DNA of 64,000 nucleotides, from positions 186,001 through 250,000 of the forward strand of contig JAVKOQ020000040.1 in NCBI GenBank assembly GCA_031835245.2, read 5' to 3'. Positions within the stretch are counted from its first letter, which is position 1; every line of letters starts with the position of its first letter. The position numbers were made by a program, and so were the translations under genes. The notes under the pieces are model-generated. The model saw only the letters and a program-made list of their open reading frames with translations. It searched no databases and was not told the origin of the DNA. Source of the DNA: Balamuthia mandrillaris. Its lineage: Eukaryota. Below are positions 43,149-56,044 of the stretch, one piece after another.

Positions 43149-43929
43149 CTCTTGCTGGAGCTCCTTCTTGCTTTCTTTTTCGTTAACCTGTCTGTTGCGA
43201 GTCTCTCTGTTTGGGTGGCTGAGGAGGGGTTGGCTAACGTTTACGTTCTCAGCTCTCTATGAGAGAACCCCTGCTGACAACAACAATAAGAAGAAGAAGT
43301 TCCGCTTTTGAAAAGAAACCAGAAAAAAAAAAGTAAAACAGAGAGTGCTCTCTCTTCTCTCTTTCAAACCGGCACTGGTGGAAACGCCGGAAAACGTTCC
43401 CCCCCTCCCGCAAATAATAACTGGCTGAGGTTGGTTGGCCAGTAGTGCTCTGCCCAAGCGGAGTAGCGCCCTCTGGCGTAGTGCTTCCTAAAAAAAATGA
43501 ATAACCTCTTTTTTTTTTTTCTCCGCCTGCGCCTCCTCCGCTCAAAGCAAAGCGAAAAAGCTTTCTCCCTTCCGCCGCAACCACTTGCACTTGTTGTTGT
43601 TCGTACTATTGTTGTTGTTGTTGTTGTTGTTGTTGTCGTCGTCGTTGGGCTTATGGCCAAACGCTCGGAGGGCTGTGTCGCTACGCCCAAGCAGGAGGAA
43701 GGGGGTTTTTTTTTGTTATCGTTGCGCTTTGATTTTTTTTGGTAATTCTTTTTAGTTGGAGGCTGGGTTTATTGTGGTGGTGGCGTTTGTTGTTGCCTGG
43801 TTGATCTACGCACTCATTCATTACCACCACAACAACTAAATGGGACATGGATGAAAACTCTTCCTTATATCCATGGCATGAGGGAGAGAGAAGAGAGAAA
43901 AAGAGATGGAAAAAAAAAGGCATTCATTA

Positions 43930-46900
43930 TTACAAGCGAGAAAGGACCGCCTTGATGTCGTCAGTGATCTTGGTGCGTTCCTCCAAGCCAGCGCAGAACA
44001 GCAGGAACGACACACGCGGAGTGTGAAGAATAAACGCGTTCTTAATTTCTTGCCCCATAAAATCTATGCAAGTATACAAAAAAGCAGTTAGAGTGAGAGA
44101 AAGAGAGAGCACAAGAGAAAGAGAGAGAGAACGTACTGCTGTTGTCAGCCATAATTTCCAAGCGAACGTTCTCTTTAAAGTTGATGCGAACCTTAACTTT
44201 GAACCTGTCCTTCTTTGGATCTTTGGAGGTAAGGAGGGCCATGTCGCTGAACAAAAAGAAGGCTATTTCTCTTCGCTTGTTGGCGTACTGGTCGTAGCGA
44301 ATGAGGTTGTCCTGGCGAATGAAAGAGCGGGTCTCATCCACGAGATCCTTGACAGCATCTCTTGGTTTGAACTTGTTCTGTAGGTCCTGAAGAAGGTCCA
44401 TCTGTTTCTTTAGGTTCTCCGCGCTTCTCTTATTTTCGTTTACTGCTTTACATATGCTGTCCATGTATTGATGCGCCGCTGCGATGTTATTGTAGTCTGG
44501 ATGGTCTTCTCTGGTTTTTTTAAGTAAATCCTTTTTTTTTGGTACAGATAGATTCAAAAGAAGAAGGTGAGAAACCAAGATATTGTCTTTTAACGAAAAA
44601 GAAAAATATTGTAACATACCCTCAATAAAATTACATAACGGGTGACTCTTTGGACAGGGAGAATAAGGAAAGCTTCTAAGCCAAGTCCACCACAATCCGG
44701 GTGTTCGTGGCATTTCTATTCGTTATCCGGCATGTCACACACTTGCAGAAAGAAAAAAAAAGGTCGCGAGGAGAAGACATACCTGAGTGAAGGCCTTGAA
44801 GGGTTTACCCATAGCACAACGATTTATTGTCTCCAAGGCGAGATCGTAGTGGTTGGTGTAGGTGCTGTAATGGGCCAAAAAATCCTCTTTCTAAAGGCGC
44901 AAGGAAAAACAAAGTTAACAAAACATGAAACATGGCCAAATTTCCTAGAGCGTTTTCGTAAACGAACCATGTCTAAAAAGATGTCAGCCAACTTGGATTC
45001 GACAGACCAAGCGGCCAGACGTGCCTCCAGTTTGGCCATCAATCTTATGTTGTACTCGTAAATGTCCTCCAGATTACCAAATATGGCGTCAATGTCGTTA
45101 GGCACGATGATGGGCTTGCCAGTGTCCCAAGCCCGGCGGAGCGGTTGAAGATACACGGTGATCAATACTTTGAGAGAGGCAACATAACTTTGTTCGCTGC
45201 TAAGGATTTCTCGTACTACTTTTGTGCGAAGTGCTGTAATGTCATTATAACGAAAGACCAGAACGGAAGGCGGAAAGTTATTTAGATGTTGTGAGTGAGC
45301 AAATTGTAGGTGGGTGAGTGAGTAAATGGAAGGTACAACGTACAGATCTCATTGTATTGCTGTCGCGCAACAACACCCCTAATGCGGCTTTGGATACGGG
45401 TGACAGCCTCCTCTCGGCTCATAGGTGTAGGTGGAGGTTTCTTGACAGGAGAAGGACGCGGTGAATGAGCAGCTGGAGCTTCGCCAGGTCGAGTTGGTAC
45501 TGGCGGCGGACTGGTCGCAGGCCTTCCTGGAGAAGCGGCGCCCGCTGTTATTTTCGTTTGCAAAGCACAAAGAGAAAGAAGAGTCAAAAAGTGAAAACTA
45601 AGCAGGTTGGTGACAGTCAAAGGAGGTTTTTAACGAATGGTAGGAGGCACGAACCAGAGGGGGTTACTGGAGGCAGCGTTGGTAGGGTTTTTCCGCGAGA
45701 GGGAGCAAGGGGCTGTTGTTTCGATTGCGAGAGCGGAGGAGAAGGAGTGCTAGGCAATGGAGGAGATCCAGGAGCAGCAGCGCCTTCATTAGCGGTACTT
45801 GTTTTGCCGTTGGTGCTGTTGGGCGCACTTTGGGAAGTTGGGGAAGGAAGGACGGGCAGAGATTTGGTGCCAACAAATGCATGGTCTTGCTTCAACTCGT
45901 GTGCAACGTGAGGAGTGAAAGCTCCAGACCCTGTGTTGTGCTTGCGCAAGCCACTAGGAATGTTTGCGTCAAATTTATCTTTGCCCATGGTTTCGGGAGT
46001 TCCTGTCTTGTGCTCACGCAAGTTCTTAATGTTGGAGCCAGATGAGGTTCCATCTTCCTTCTTTTTCTTGTCCCTACCGAAGATGCCCTTGAGCTTGCCG
46101 CGCTTGGAACTGCCAGGGCTGGTAACGTCGGATGGGCCAGATGACAGTTCCTTTGGAGAAGAGGGAAGATCTTCCTTATGTACAGGCGGGGAGGCAACAG
46201 TAGACCGTCTAGATGCTTTCTTTTGGGCGTCGGGGGACGCGGGATCACTCGATTTTCTCGGTAGCCTGATGGGCTCCTTGGGGGAGACAGGTTGCTCTTT
46301 CTCTTTAATCCTGGAGCCTCGGCTGCTGCGCCCACTTTCCCTATCTATCTTGCTTCCAGAGGAAGTGCCGCCTCTGCTTTCATCAGGGGATTTGCGAGTG
46401 GGACTAAGCGCTGTGCTCCTCCGTCTCTCTCGTGCCTTCGATGCGTCTGTGTCACGTCCTTGGCGGAGTTGTTGCTCGAGGGTAGCCTTATGGTTGTCGC
46501 TCTGAGCCCCGCCAAAATCAGCCCAGGATGAATGGGTAGGAGAGGTAGACCTTCCCACTGCACCGTCATTAAAGCCACTGGAGTCAAAGAAGCTATCAAA
46601 CTTTGATAGCTCTTCGGTTTGGCCAGAGGCCACTTCGCCGTACACAGGAGGAGCACCACGAGGGGAAGGGATTTTCTGCGCGTTAGCGGAGGAGCTACTG
46701 GTGCCGGTCGAAGAATAGGAAGAGTCCCTTCCGCGCGAACTGCGGGATCTAGAAGAAGAAGGAGGGGCGGTTAGCAATCCGGCTTTATCCTTGGCGGCTT
46801 GGACCTGCTTCATTCTTTCTTTTTCCAAACGCTCTCGCTTTTCTTGCTCAGCTTCTCGTTGTTTTTGTTCTCTGAGCTTCTCCTCTTGGAGGCGTTGCTG

Positions 46901-49222
46901 TTTGGCTTGCTCTTCACGTAACTTTTCCAATCTCTCTCTTTCCTTCCTCTGCTCTTCTTGCTGCTGCTTGAGCAACTCTACTTTTAATTGCTCTTGCTGC
47001 AACTGCATCTGTTGCATCTTGAACTGCATGAGCCTTTCCTGCTCCTTGAGCTGCTGCTCTTGCTGATACTTCAATTGCTCATGCTGTTTCTGGAAGAATT
47101 CGTTGTCTTGCCTGATTTTCTCTGCTCTTATAAGTTCTTGCTGTCGGGCCAATTCCTGCTGTTGTTGCAGCAAAGTAAGGCGGTACTGCTTCATTTTTTC
47201 CTCCTGTTCTATCTGTTGCTCGACTTCCAAGCGCTCCATTTCTTTTCTCTCCGCCAACATACGCTCTTGTTCCTCTTGCAAACGCCTTCTCTCTTCCATG
47301 ATCCTCTCTTGCTCCTGCTGCAATTGGCGCATCATGCCTTCCTTTTCGTTGGCAATGCGTGATTTTTCCGCAAGCAACGATTCTTGTTGTTTTCTGAGTT
47401 CTTCAGCTGCTCTTTCTCGTTCTTGCCTTAATTGTTCCAGCAGCCTTATCTTCTCTTGCTCCTTCATCTGCTCTAGCTCCATTTTATTTCGCAGTGCCTC
47501 TTCCTCCTGCCTCTTCCTTTCTGCCAAGAGCCTCTCTTCCTCCTGTCTAATCCTTTCTTGAAGGAGTTGTTCTTGGCGAATCTTTTCCTCCAGGGCCTGC
47601 TGCTGGCGTGCTTGTTCTGCTCGCCAGGCATCCAAGCGAAGTTGCTCCAAACGAATCAATTCTTGTTCCTCTCTTTCCTTTTCCAGTCGCTGCCTTTCTT
47701 GCTCCTTGCGTCTAAGTTCTTCTTGTCGTTGCTGTTCTTCCTCGAGGGCTAACAGCTTTTGCCTCAACTCCTCCTGCTCACGCAATTGCTCTCTCCTAAG
47801 TTGCTCCTGTTCCCTCAACTGCGCAGCTTTCACTTGCTCCAATCGCTCTTGCTCCTGTCGGATTAGCTCTTGCTCTTGAAGGATCAGTTCCTTTCGCAGT
47901 GCTTCTTGCCGCAAATACTCGTGTTTCAACTCCTCTTGTATACGCTCCTGTTCCTTTTTGCGTTCTTCCTCGATTCTTTCTTGTTCCCTGCGGCGTTCCT
48001 CTTCCTGTCGTAATATCTCCTGTCGTCGTTCCTCTTCCTTTCTCTCTTGCTCCATTTTTCTCTCCAACGCTCTCCTTTCCTCTTCCCTTCGTCTTTCCTC
48101 TTCCAACCTCAGTCGTTCCACACGGAGAGCCTCCTCTTGACGCAATTGTTCCTGTCTCAACAACTCCTTCTGACGGGCTGCTTCTTCTTTCATCTTCTCC
48201 AAAAACAACCTTTCTTGTTGGATCCGCTCTGCTTCTCTCCTTCTCTCCTCTTCTATCCTCTGCTGTTCTTGCTTCAATAGCTCTTGCTGCCTAAGTTGTT
48301 CTTGTTGAAGAAGCTCCTGTTGTCGCTTTTGTTCTTCGTGCAACGCTTGCAACTTAAGCCGTTCTTGTCGCAACAACTCTTGTTCCTTTTGGAGCATTTG
48401 CTGGCGCAAGCTCTCTTGGCGTAAGTACTCTTGTCGGAGCTCTTCCTGGATTCTCTCCTGTTCTTTGCGGTAAGCCTCTTGCCTCTTCTTTTCCTCTTCC
48501 TCTCTTCGCCTTTGCTCCTCCAGTCGTTGCCTTTCTCTTTCTGCTTCCCGTTTCATTTTTTCCTGTCGCTCCCTCTCTTGTTCTTTAATGAGATTACGCT
48601 GTTGCTCCTCCTGCAACTGCAATATTTTAAGCTGCTGTTCTCGCAGGCGCTCTTGCTGCAGGCGCTCTCTTTCTCTGCGCTTAGCTTCCCTCTCGTCCTC
48701 CTCGCGTTGCAACGAGTTATAAGAACTTGGCCCAGAGCTACCAGACCCTGTTGTTATCGGAAAGCCAGAGTACGTTTGTGAAGTTGGAGGTGACGGTTGC
48801 TGTGCGTACGACGAAGGATAGCCGTAGCCGGAGGATGGCGGCGATGGTTGGTACGACGACTGGCTACTAGTGTAGCCTCCACTCATTCCATTACTACCCT
48901 GTGCCACGCCGTAGTTTTGGGGTGTGCCATACGTTTGAGAGCCTCCAGTGCTGCCGTACGAAGAAGAGTAGGGAGACGGGCTTTGGCTTGAATAATATTG
49001 CTGTTGTTGCTGCTGTTGCTGCTGCTCCTGCTGTTGTAGTAGCAACAACTGCTGCTCTAAATAATACTGCTGCTGTTGCTGCTGTTGCTGTTGTTGCTGC
49101 AGCAGCAACTGCTGTTGCTGATACCATTCCATGCTTCCCGATCCACCACTTCCAAGCGCAGGGCCACCACCGCCTCCAACAGTAGGAGCGGTAGTGCCAC
49201 TAGCTGGGGTACTTCCTGACAT
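43930..49222 (-). CDS. Large RhoGEF: Q-rich head, long charged helix, IQ motif, C-terminal DH-PH
   Basis: 1201-aa first ORF (E/Q/R-rich); VTRIQSRIRGVVARQQY; RTKVVREILSSEQSYVASL, AIFGNLEDIY, SFPYSPCP/QRVTRY region, DLLKKTREDHPDY, RSFIRQD, FFLFSDMALL. Confidence 0.9.
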
Positions 49223-50055
49223 AGAAAAGAGGGCTATGGGGTTGCAAAGTTATTAACGGGCGTAATATATATTCTCTTCTCTTCTCTCTAAAAGAACTGG
49301 CAGAACGTACAAGAGGCAGTGGGTAAGGAAACCAATTGTATGGATTGGGGTCTGGAGTTCATCCCCTGGTTATATCCGCCTTGTTGTGACATGTTTGAAG
49401 GGTTCTACTGCTACTTTGTTTTGGGGTGCAAGTGAAAAGTCTCTGTTCTGTGGTAGCCAACAACAAAGGGGGTAATCAAACAAGTTAATCGTTGACAGAG
49501 CACAATCAAGTTTGTTTTGCTGGACGATGGAAAGAGGAGAAAGCCAAAAAAAAAAAATACCAAATCAACGACCACCTAACAGCCTCACTCGAGGCCTGTC
49601 CCGAGAGACTGGGCTGAAGGAAAAGCTTGCAACAAGACAGTAAAGACACAACAAATAGGCAAAGCGTCTGCTCCCTGTCCCCGAGTTGGCTAGCTGTGGT
49701 GTGGCTTTTCCTCCCCTCTGGTTGTGGTTGGTTTTTCCTGGCCCCTTCCTTTGAAAATTGGTTACACGAAAGAGGGGAGGGCAGGGCAAGGGGAGAGAGA
49801 GACTAGGTCCTCCTCATGCTGCCCCAGCAGCAGTTACCATTTTTCGAGGGGGACGGAGAGATGTTACGTCACTCCTTTATTATGTGTCGACATCTATGCA
49901 CACAAAACAAACAAACAAAAAGTGGGAATAGAGGGGACAACCACGCTGCTTTTGTTGGACCACGCGGGTTAGCAGTTGATTGTTCTGAGGAGGGAAAGCC
50001 ACCAGTCAGCCACAGAAGAACAAACAAAGAAAGGGAGGCCCGTGGGGGTGACACT

Positions 50056-52808
50056 TTACCTGCAGTAGGAGCAACCAAGAGAGAACTCTTCGCCATTGGG
50101 TGGATGGTGAGCATTGCAACAGCACTCCGGTAGGTCCTCTCTGCGCATGTGAATGAGCTTGGCCGCTTTTTTATGACACTCGTCGCAAAAGTGGGTGGTG
50201 CCCCAACAGAACCACACGGCTACATTACAACAGTATCTACACTTGTATTCCCTGTGTTGTTGATGAAGAGTAAGCCACCAAACAAAGCAGAGAGAAAGAG
50301 ATGCCATAACGCACAAAAACTTGGTTCCATGTTTAGGACATTTTTCCACACCTCTCAAATCGCAACAGCTACCACATACTAGTTCCTCTGGATTAAAATC
50401 TCGGTCTTGCAGGGCACCATCACAGGCCTTATCACCACCAAAAAAGGGTTTCTTTAAAATACCATTTAGTCAGTGCTTTTTCCTGCGAGTGCAAGAAGAA
50501 CAACAACAACAAGAAGAAGAGGAACAAGAAGAAGAACAACAACAAGAGGAAGAACATGAAGAAGCAAAATAAGGAACAAGAACAAGAAAAGGAATCTTGG
50601 GCTTCTTATCATTACCTTGCACTTAAAACAAAGATAAAAGGAGAAGCGATGCAGAGCATAGCCTAATGCATCACCGTAAAATCTCCCATCCGGTGAAACG
50701 ATATCGTGACAGTTCTCCAGGCCCAGTATTTGCAATCGTTGCAGTGCTTTTTTCTTGATGTAAAATATAGCCCAGAATTAGAAGGGAAAAAAGAGAAAAA
50801 GGGAGGCAGCTACATACTGAAACTTCTTTATACAACTTCTTATTTACAGCTAGCATTTCTTCCAGGGCAGGGTGCTTGATTTGATATTTACAAAGCGCAC
50901 AATCCAGAAAACCAAACGTTATCCGTGAACCTGTTCATTTGATTCAGAAACGTCGGATTTGAACTCATCTTTAAAAAAACGTACCTGGCCATCCATTCCG
51001 TATCTTATTTTTTACACAATTGAAATGGAAGACGTGGCCACACTCTAACTGTATGCAAGGAGCCTCTCCTAAAGACTCAACATAACAAATAACGCAGTAG
51101 TCATCTGCACGCTGTTTTGAAATCGGAAGGAAAAGTAGCAAACGACATTGATTGAGCAAATAAAAGACAACCTGTTTGTAGGAGAAGGACGATTGCAATA
51201 CCTGAGCAGAGGGATCTCTTTGGCAACTTGGCTGAAGGCAATCTAGGCATGAAGATTCGTCTCGGATACCTCCACATGGATGATTACAAGGTAGGAGGCG
51301 TCGACACGACGCTCGGTTCTTTAACTGGCATTCCACCGAGTTACAACAAACTAACGTTCCATTTGAAGCTTCTTCTGCATCATGATGCTCGCCTGGTGGC
51401 ATAACCTCTCTTTCTTGACCATGAGCTGTTCTTTCCTTTCCCTTTGCACTCTTAGCATCCGCCCGACCATTATTTTTCTTCATATTGTAGAATATCCGTA
51501 TGTCTATACTGTTTAATTTAGTAACTTGCGTAGCACAAAACCGGCACCGCTTAGATTCTGTCCATTGCCGGTGCTGCCAAAAAACAAACATTAGTATCAA
51601 ATACTAATTTGTGTGTGAAAACTGCTGGCTATAAAGAGGAACATTCTTGTACCTGTTCACAGGTCATGCCGAGATGGTATGGAGAAGCCTTACAGCCAGC
51701 ACAAAACTCTGTGTCACATGAGCGACACCGAAATCTATATTCTTGCATGTGCAGGTCCGCTTCTTTAGAAAGAGGAACGCCTTTTGGACCCTAATCAGAA
51801 CAAAATAAGATGAGTGAAACCATTGGTTGCCTTAACGAGCAAAGTCGTTATTTACCAAGGCTATTTTTGCAGGCGAATGACTAAGTTGTGGCTCTAGCCG
51901 TTCAATAACATCTGAGCAAGACGGATTTGGGCAGCGAAGGAACTGGGAACTGTTTCCTTCGATCGCATCCTCTAACGTTTGGCGAAGATAGGCCTCAAAC
52001 TCACTTTCGCTTAAGACATCCTGCAGAATATGGAATGAGCAAAAGAAGCATTTGCCTAACCTCCACCAAGGAGTATACCCTTATTTCTGCTTGAGAGAGC
52101 TCGCTATCACAACCCTTGATGGGACAGGTAAATCCGTTGTTGTGGTTGTCTATCCGTTCGATGATAGATGTATGGAGACATTCCACACAGTAGAAATGAG
52201 GACAGGTCTGGGGAAGGCAAAATTAATGACTCGAGTCAGATAATAAAAAAACATGGAAGAAGCCGCATTTACCTCAGAAAAGTGCAGCTCTCGCACACAT
52301 CTCGGGATCTGGCAAATGGGACAAAGCGGCGAGTTTTGCCGTTCTCTTTCCTCTTGCTTTCTCCGTAGTTCTTCTTCTTTGGCTCTGAACAAAAGGTTAT
52401 AATGGTTAATATGACGTTTTGTTTTTTGGTTTTTTTTTTTTGAAAGGCTTGCATCACAACCAAGAACCTACCGTTGTTTTTCTTCCAGTCTGGCATGCCA
52501 TAGTTTCTCCTCCTCCTTTTGCGTCTCGAGTATGGCGTCCAAGGACTCCTCCAGAGGAAGGACAGCCTGTGTGGAGGTAGACGGTTTGTTAGAATCAGGT
52601 GAACGAACGAGTTGACAGAATGGAGGAAACAAAAGACAAGGACGTTGCGTACCTTCTCCTTTTCTTCCAGCCCACGATAAGGGAAGGGTTGTGGCTGCTC
52701 TGGGTCATGGCTAGTTTCTTCTACGCATTGTCGTAGGTGGCGCCATAGAAGATGCCTAGAAAGATGGGCTTGGCAGAGCGGGCACTCTTCCTGCCTGTCG
52801 TCCCTCAT
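50056..52808 (-). CDS. E3 ubiquitin ligase: RING-IBR-like N-terminus fused to a MYCBP2/Highwire-type RING and tandem-cysteine module
   Basis: CPICQ...CPHFYCVEC...CPIKGC; RCPNPSC...[124 protein letters not shown]. Confidence 0.9.
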
Positions 52809-53459
52809 AATAACTCTCTAAACCCCTTGTGCTCTACGATGCTTTGGCTGAGGAGATCATATCATATGTGCCAAAAGAAGGAGAAAAAAAAAACAAACAA
52901 GCGGGAGGTAAGCCGAGCTTATACTTGAGAGAGAAGGGCGGGAGGCATTTTTTTTAAAAAAAAAATCTAAGCTCATCCAACGGAACGTACGAGACAGAGC
53001 AAGAGCACCATAGCAATGCGAGGTCCACTCTTTTCCAAGACGGCCCACCAACCAACCAAGCAACACAGCAGAGGAACTTTTTTTCTACTACTTTGCTTTT
53101 GCTGCTGTTTTTGTGTTGAGCTTTTGCCCAGCAGCAAAGCAGCGAAAAAAAAAGCCCAGGCGGCAGAGAAGGAGGCCACCCACCCAGCAGCAGCAGGCAA
53201 CCACCCACCAATAATTTAAACCCTTTGAAATTTCTAAGTTTATGGCGTGGGTTTTCTTCTTCTTTTTTTTGTGTGTTGGGGTTTTTCTTTTTCTCTTTTG
53301 TTTGTTTGTTTGTTTTTTTTTTTTGTTTTTTTGTGCTATTTAGAGCAGAAAGAGAAGCTGGAACCAAAAAAAAGAGGTTGTCTACTAAAGTACAGACTAC
53401 AGTACTAGCATCTAGCTACGACTCTTCATTCAGCAAGCAGTGGGGGGAGTCCATCAGTG

Positions 53460-54781
53460 TTAGAAGGTGGCGTTCAACTTCTCAATGATTTGTTCCTCTG
53501 AGAGCTCTTCTTTGGAGAGCACCTGCAGTTCAGCGTGCAACTGAAGGAAACCCTGTGGAAGAGAGGAGTATTTGGTCATGTTTGTGTGGTGAGTGGTAAC
53601 GCGCTTCCGAAAACAATAACAAAGCCTACAAGCGCAGGGATACACACCTTGGCATGCTTGTACAAGGCCACACGGACCTGGCTGCTTCTGGCCTTGGTCA
53701 GAGGCTTCACCTCGGGACCTACCCAAGCAATGAAAACGTACTTTTTGGTGGCGTATTCGGCCTTCTCGTCCTTCACAACCTGTGCGAGGATGGCGTAGAC
53801 AATGTCATCGTCCGTGAAGAATTGCTGGCAGCCCGCCAAGCCATCAGAGCCGGTGCCGAGCACCTTGAGCTGTTCCTTCTGTCCCTCTACGTGACCAAAG
53901 ACAACCCAGTTGGTGGGAGAGGTGTCATTTCGCACGTCCTCGATGGCAGCGTTGGCCTCAGCGAGGTCAGCAAAGCTAGCAGTGTTGGCAACGTCCGAGG
54001 ATCCGGCGTAGGCACCACCGCTGGTACGGGGAGCAGAGGTGGAAGAAGAGGAAGAAGAAGCAGGGGTTGTTTGCTTGGGGGTGGGAGCGGGGGCGGGGGC
54101 TAAGGCTGAGGAGGCGCTGCTGCCACCGCTGCTAGCACCAGCGGGCATAGAGGCTTGCTCCACGCGGGTGCCTCTGAGCTTCTCCAAGATAACGGCTTGG
54201 GTCAGCTCTTCAGGTTCAAGCACCTGTAACTCGGCTTGCAATTGCAAAAATTTCTGCAACGGGGCGAGTGCCGGTCAAGGAGAAAGAAACTACAAGAAAG
54301 GACAGCTTCACAACAGAAACAAAACGGAAACGAGTAACACAAATGTGCAATAAGGATACGAGCACATATTGGTAAAGAGGGCGCCTATGTTGGCTGCTCC
54401 TGGCCTTGACCATGGGCTTACACTGGGTTCCCACCCAAGTGATGAAAATGTGTTTGTTGGCACTGAAGTAGTTGCCGCCCTCGTCTTGGTCGGAGACGGG
54501 CAGACCGAGCACTACGTAATTGATGCTATCGTCTTGCAGCTGATCTCTAAACTCGGGCAATCCGCCAGGACCTTTAGACAGGAACTTCATCTTTTGGCCT
54601 TCATAACCAAAGAGAGCCCTGTGCACACAACAGTTAAGAAAAAAAAAGAGGTGTAAGATCAAATCCCAGTGTCACCACCACAAGAACGCCCGATAACAAA
54701 CCATTTGATGTCACTGGACGCATTGATAACATTCTGCAGCGCCTCAGCCGCTTCGTTCTCGTTCACCCACTGAAAAGCCAT
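53460..54781 (-). CDS. Tandem ADF-H (coactosin-like) actin-binding protein
   Basis: Two homologous domains: WALFGYEG...GPGGL...KHIFITWVG...ARSSQHR and WVVFGHVEG...GSDGL...KYVFIAWVGPEVKPLTKARSSQVR, joined by an Ala/Pro/Ser linker. Confidence 0.88.
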
Positions 54782-56044
54782 TCTTCCTTCGATCGGGAGC
54801 TTGTGGTAGCAAAGCTATATATGTTTCTTCCTCCTGGCTTTGGTGTTGTCTTTGTGACTTTGTTTTTAACAAGGCGAAGGCCTGCCTCTGAGTATTACGC
54901 TTGTCGGCAAAATTTAAACAAAGCGTAAATTTACTCCCATAATGCAATGGAGATTTTGGCTACATTGTGTTTGCAGCATATGAAAGCACGGAAATTTCCA
55001 GCATATAGCCGTTGAAATCGGCCTAAATTCAACGCCAATGAAGTTAACTCCGTGCACCTTAAATAGCCAATAAACAATTCGTTTAGTTGAAACTCCGTAT
55101 AACAAGAAGGAAACGGACGGTAAAATAAATTATGGGAAGGCAATTTCGCGCTGCTTATTGGTTTACAGGTGCACTAAACGGCGGAAATAGGAGAAGTTGG
55201 GAAAATACCTGGTTTCTGAGGTTGCCTTTCACTTTCCTCATCATCCGCCTCCTTTTCGTTTCCTTTTTGCAACCCGCCTTCAGCCGTTAGCTTAACTTTT
55301 CTTCTTTTTTCTTCTTTCCTCACTAAATCTGCGACACCCTTTATTACTGACCCCCTCCCCCACTACCGCCTGGCCGCTTCTTCGCTTCACTGCCTTTCCG
55401 CCAACCCGCTCTTGTCACCGTCACTGTGTCATACCTGTCTCCCTTTTCTTGCTCACCACCCTCACCTTCACTTTTAAAGCGACCGCCTGTCACTCACTTC
55501 AAAAAACCAGTACTTGCACTGCCCGCTGTGACCACTCCTCTTTCTCTCTCTCTCTCTCTGGTGCGTGGCAGCGACCCCCTCGGATACACTTTTTCATTGC
55601 ACCTCGTTCTTGCTTCACCTCCTCCCCTTGTTGTCACTGGGCGTGTATGGCTAGCCGCCTCTAACACTCACTGCAATCCTCACACACCCTTTTTGTATAT
55701 TAGTTGTATTATTTTTGGTTGTTTATTGTTTATTTTCATTTTCGCTTCCTACAACCCACCCAATTCCAAACCACTCCGACTCATCTCATCTCATCTCCCC
55801 ACTTCCTGTTGTTGCTGTACATCTCTTTTTTGTTTGTTATTGTAATTACACCTCCCTGCCCTATATCTGCTTCTTCTGCTGCCACTTCCAACCGCTAGCC
55901 TAGCCACTGGCCGCATAACCGAAACCCCCCAACCACCCACGGACTTTAACTTTTGAAAGGCCGCGCCACTAAGGCTCTATTTGGTCTCAACTTTTTTATT
56001 TTTGCAGCGTCACCTACCAACCTTCTGCCTTTTCCTGCTTCAAC

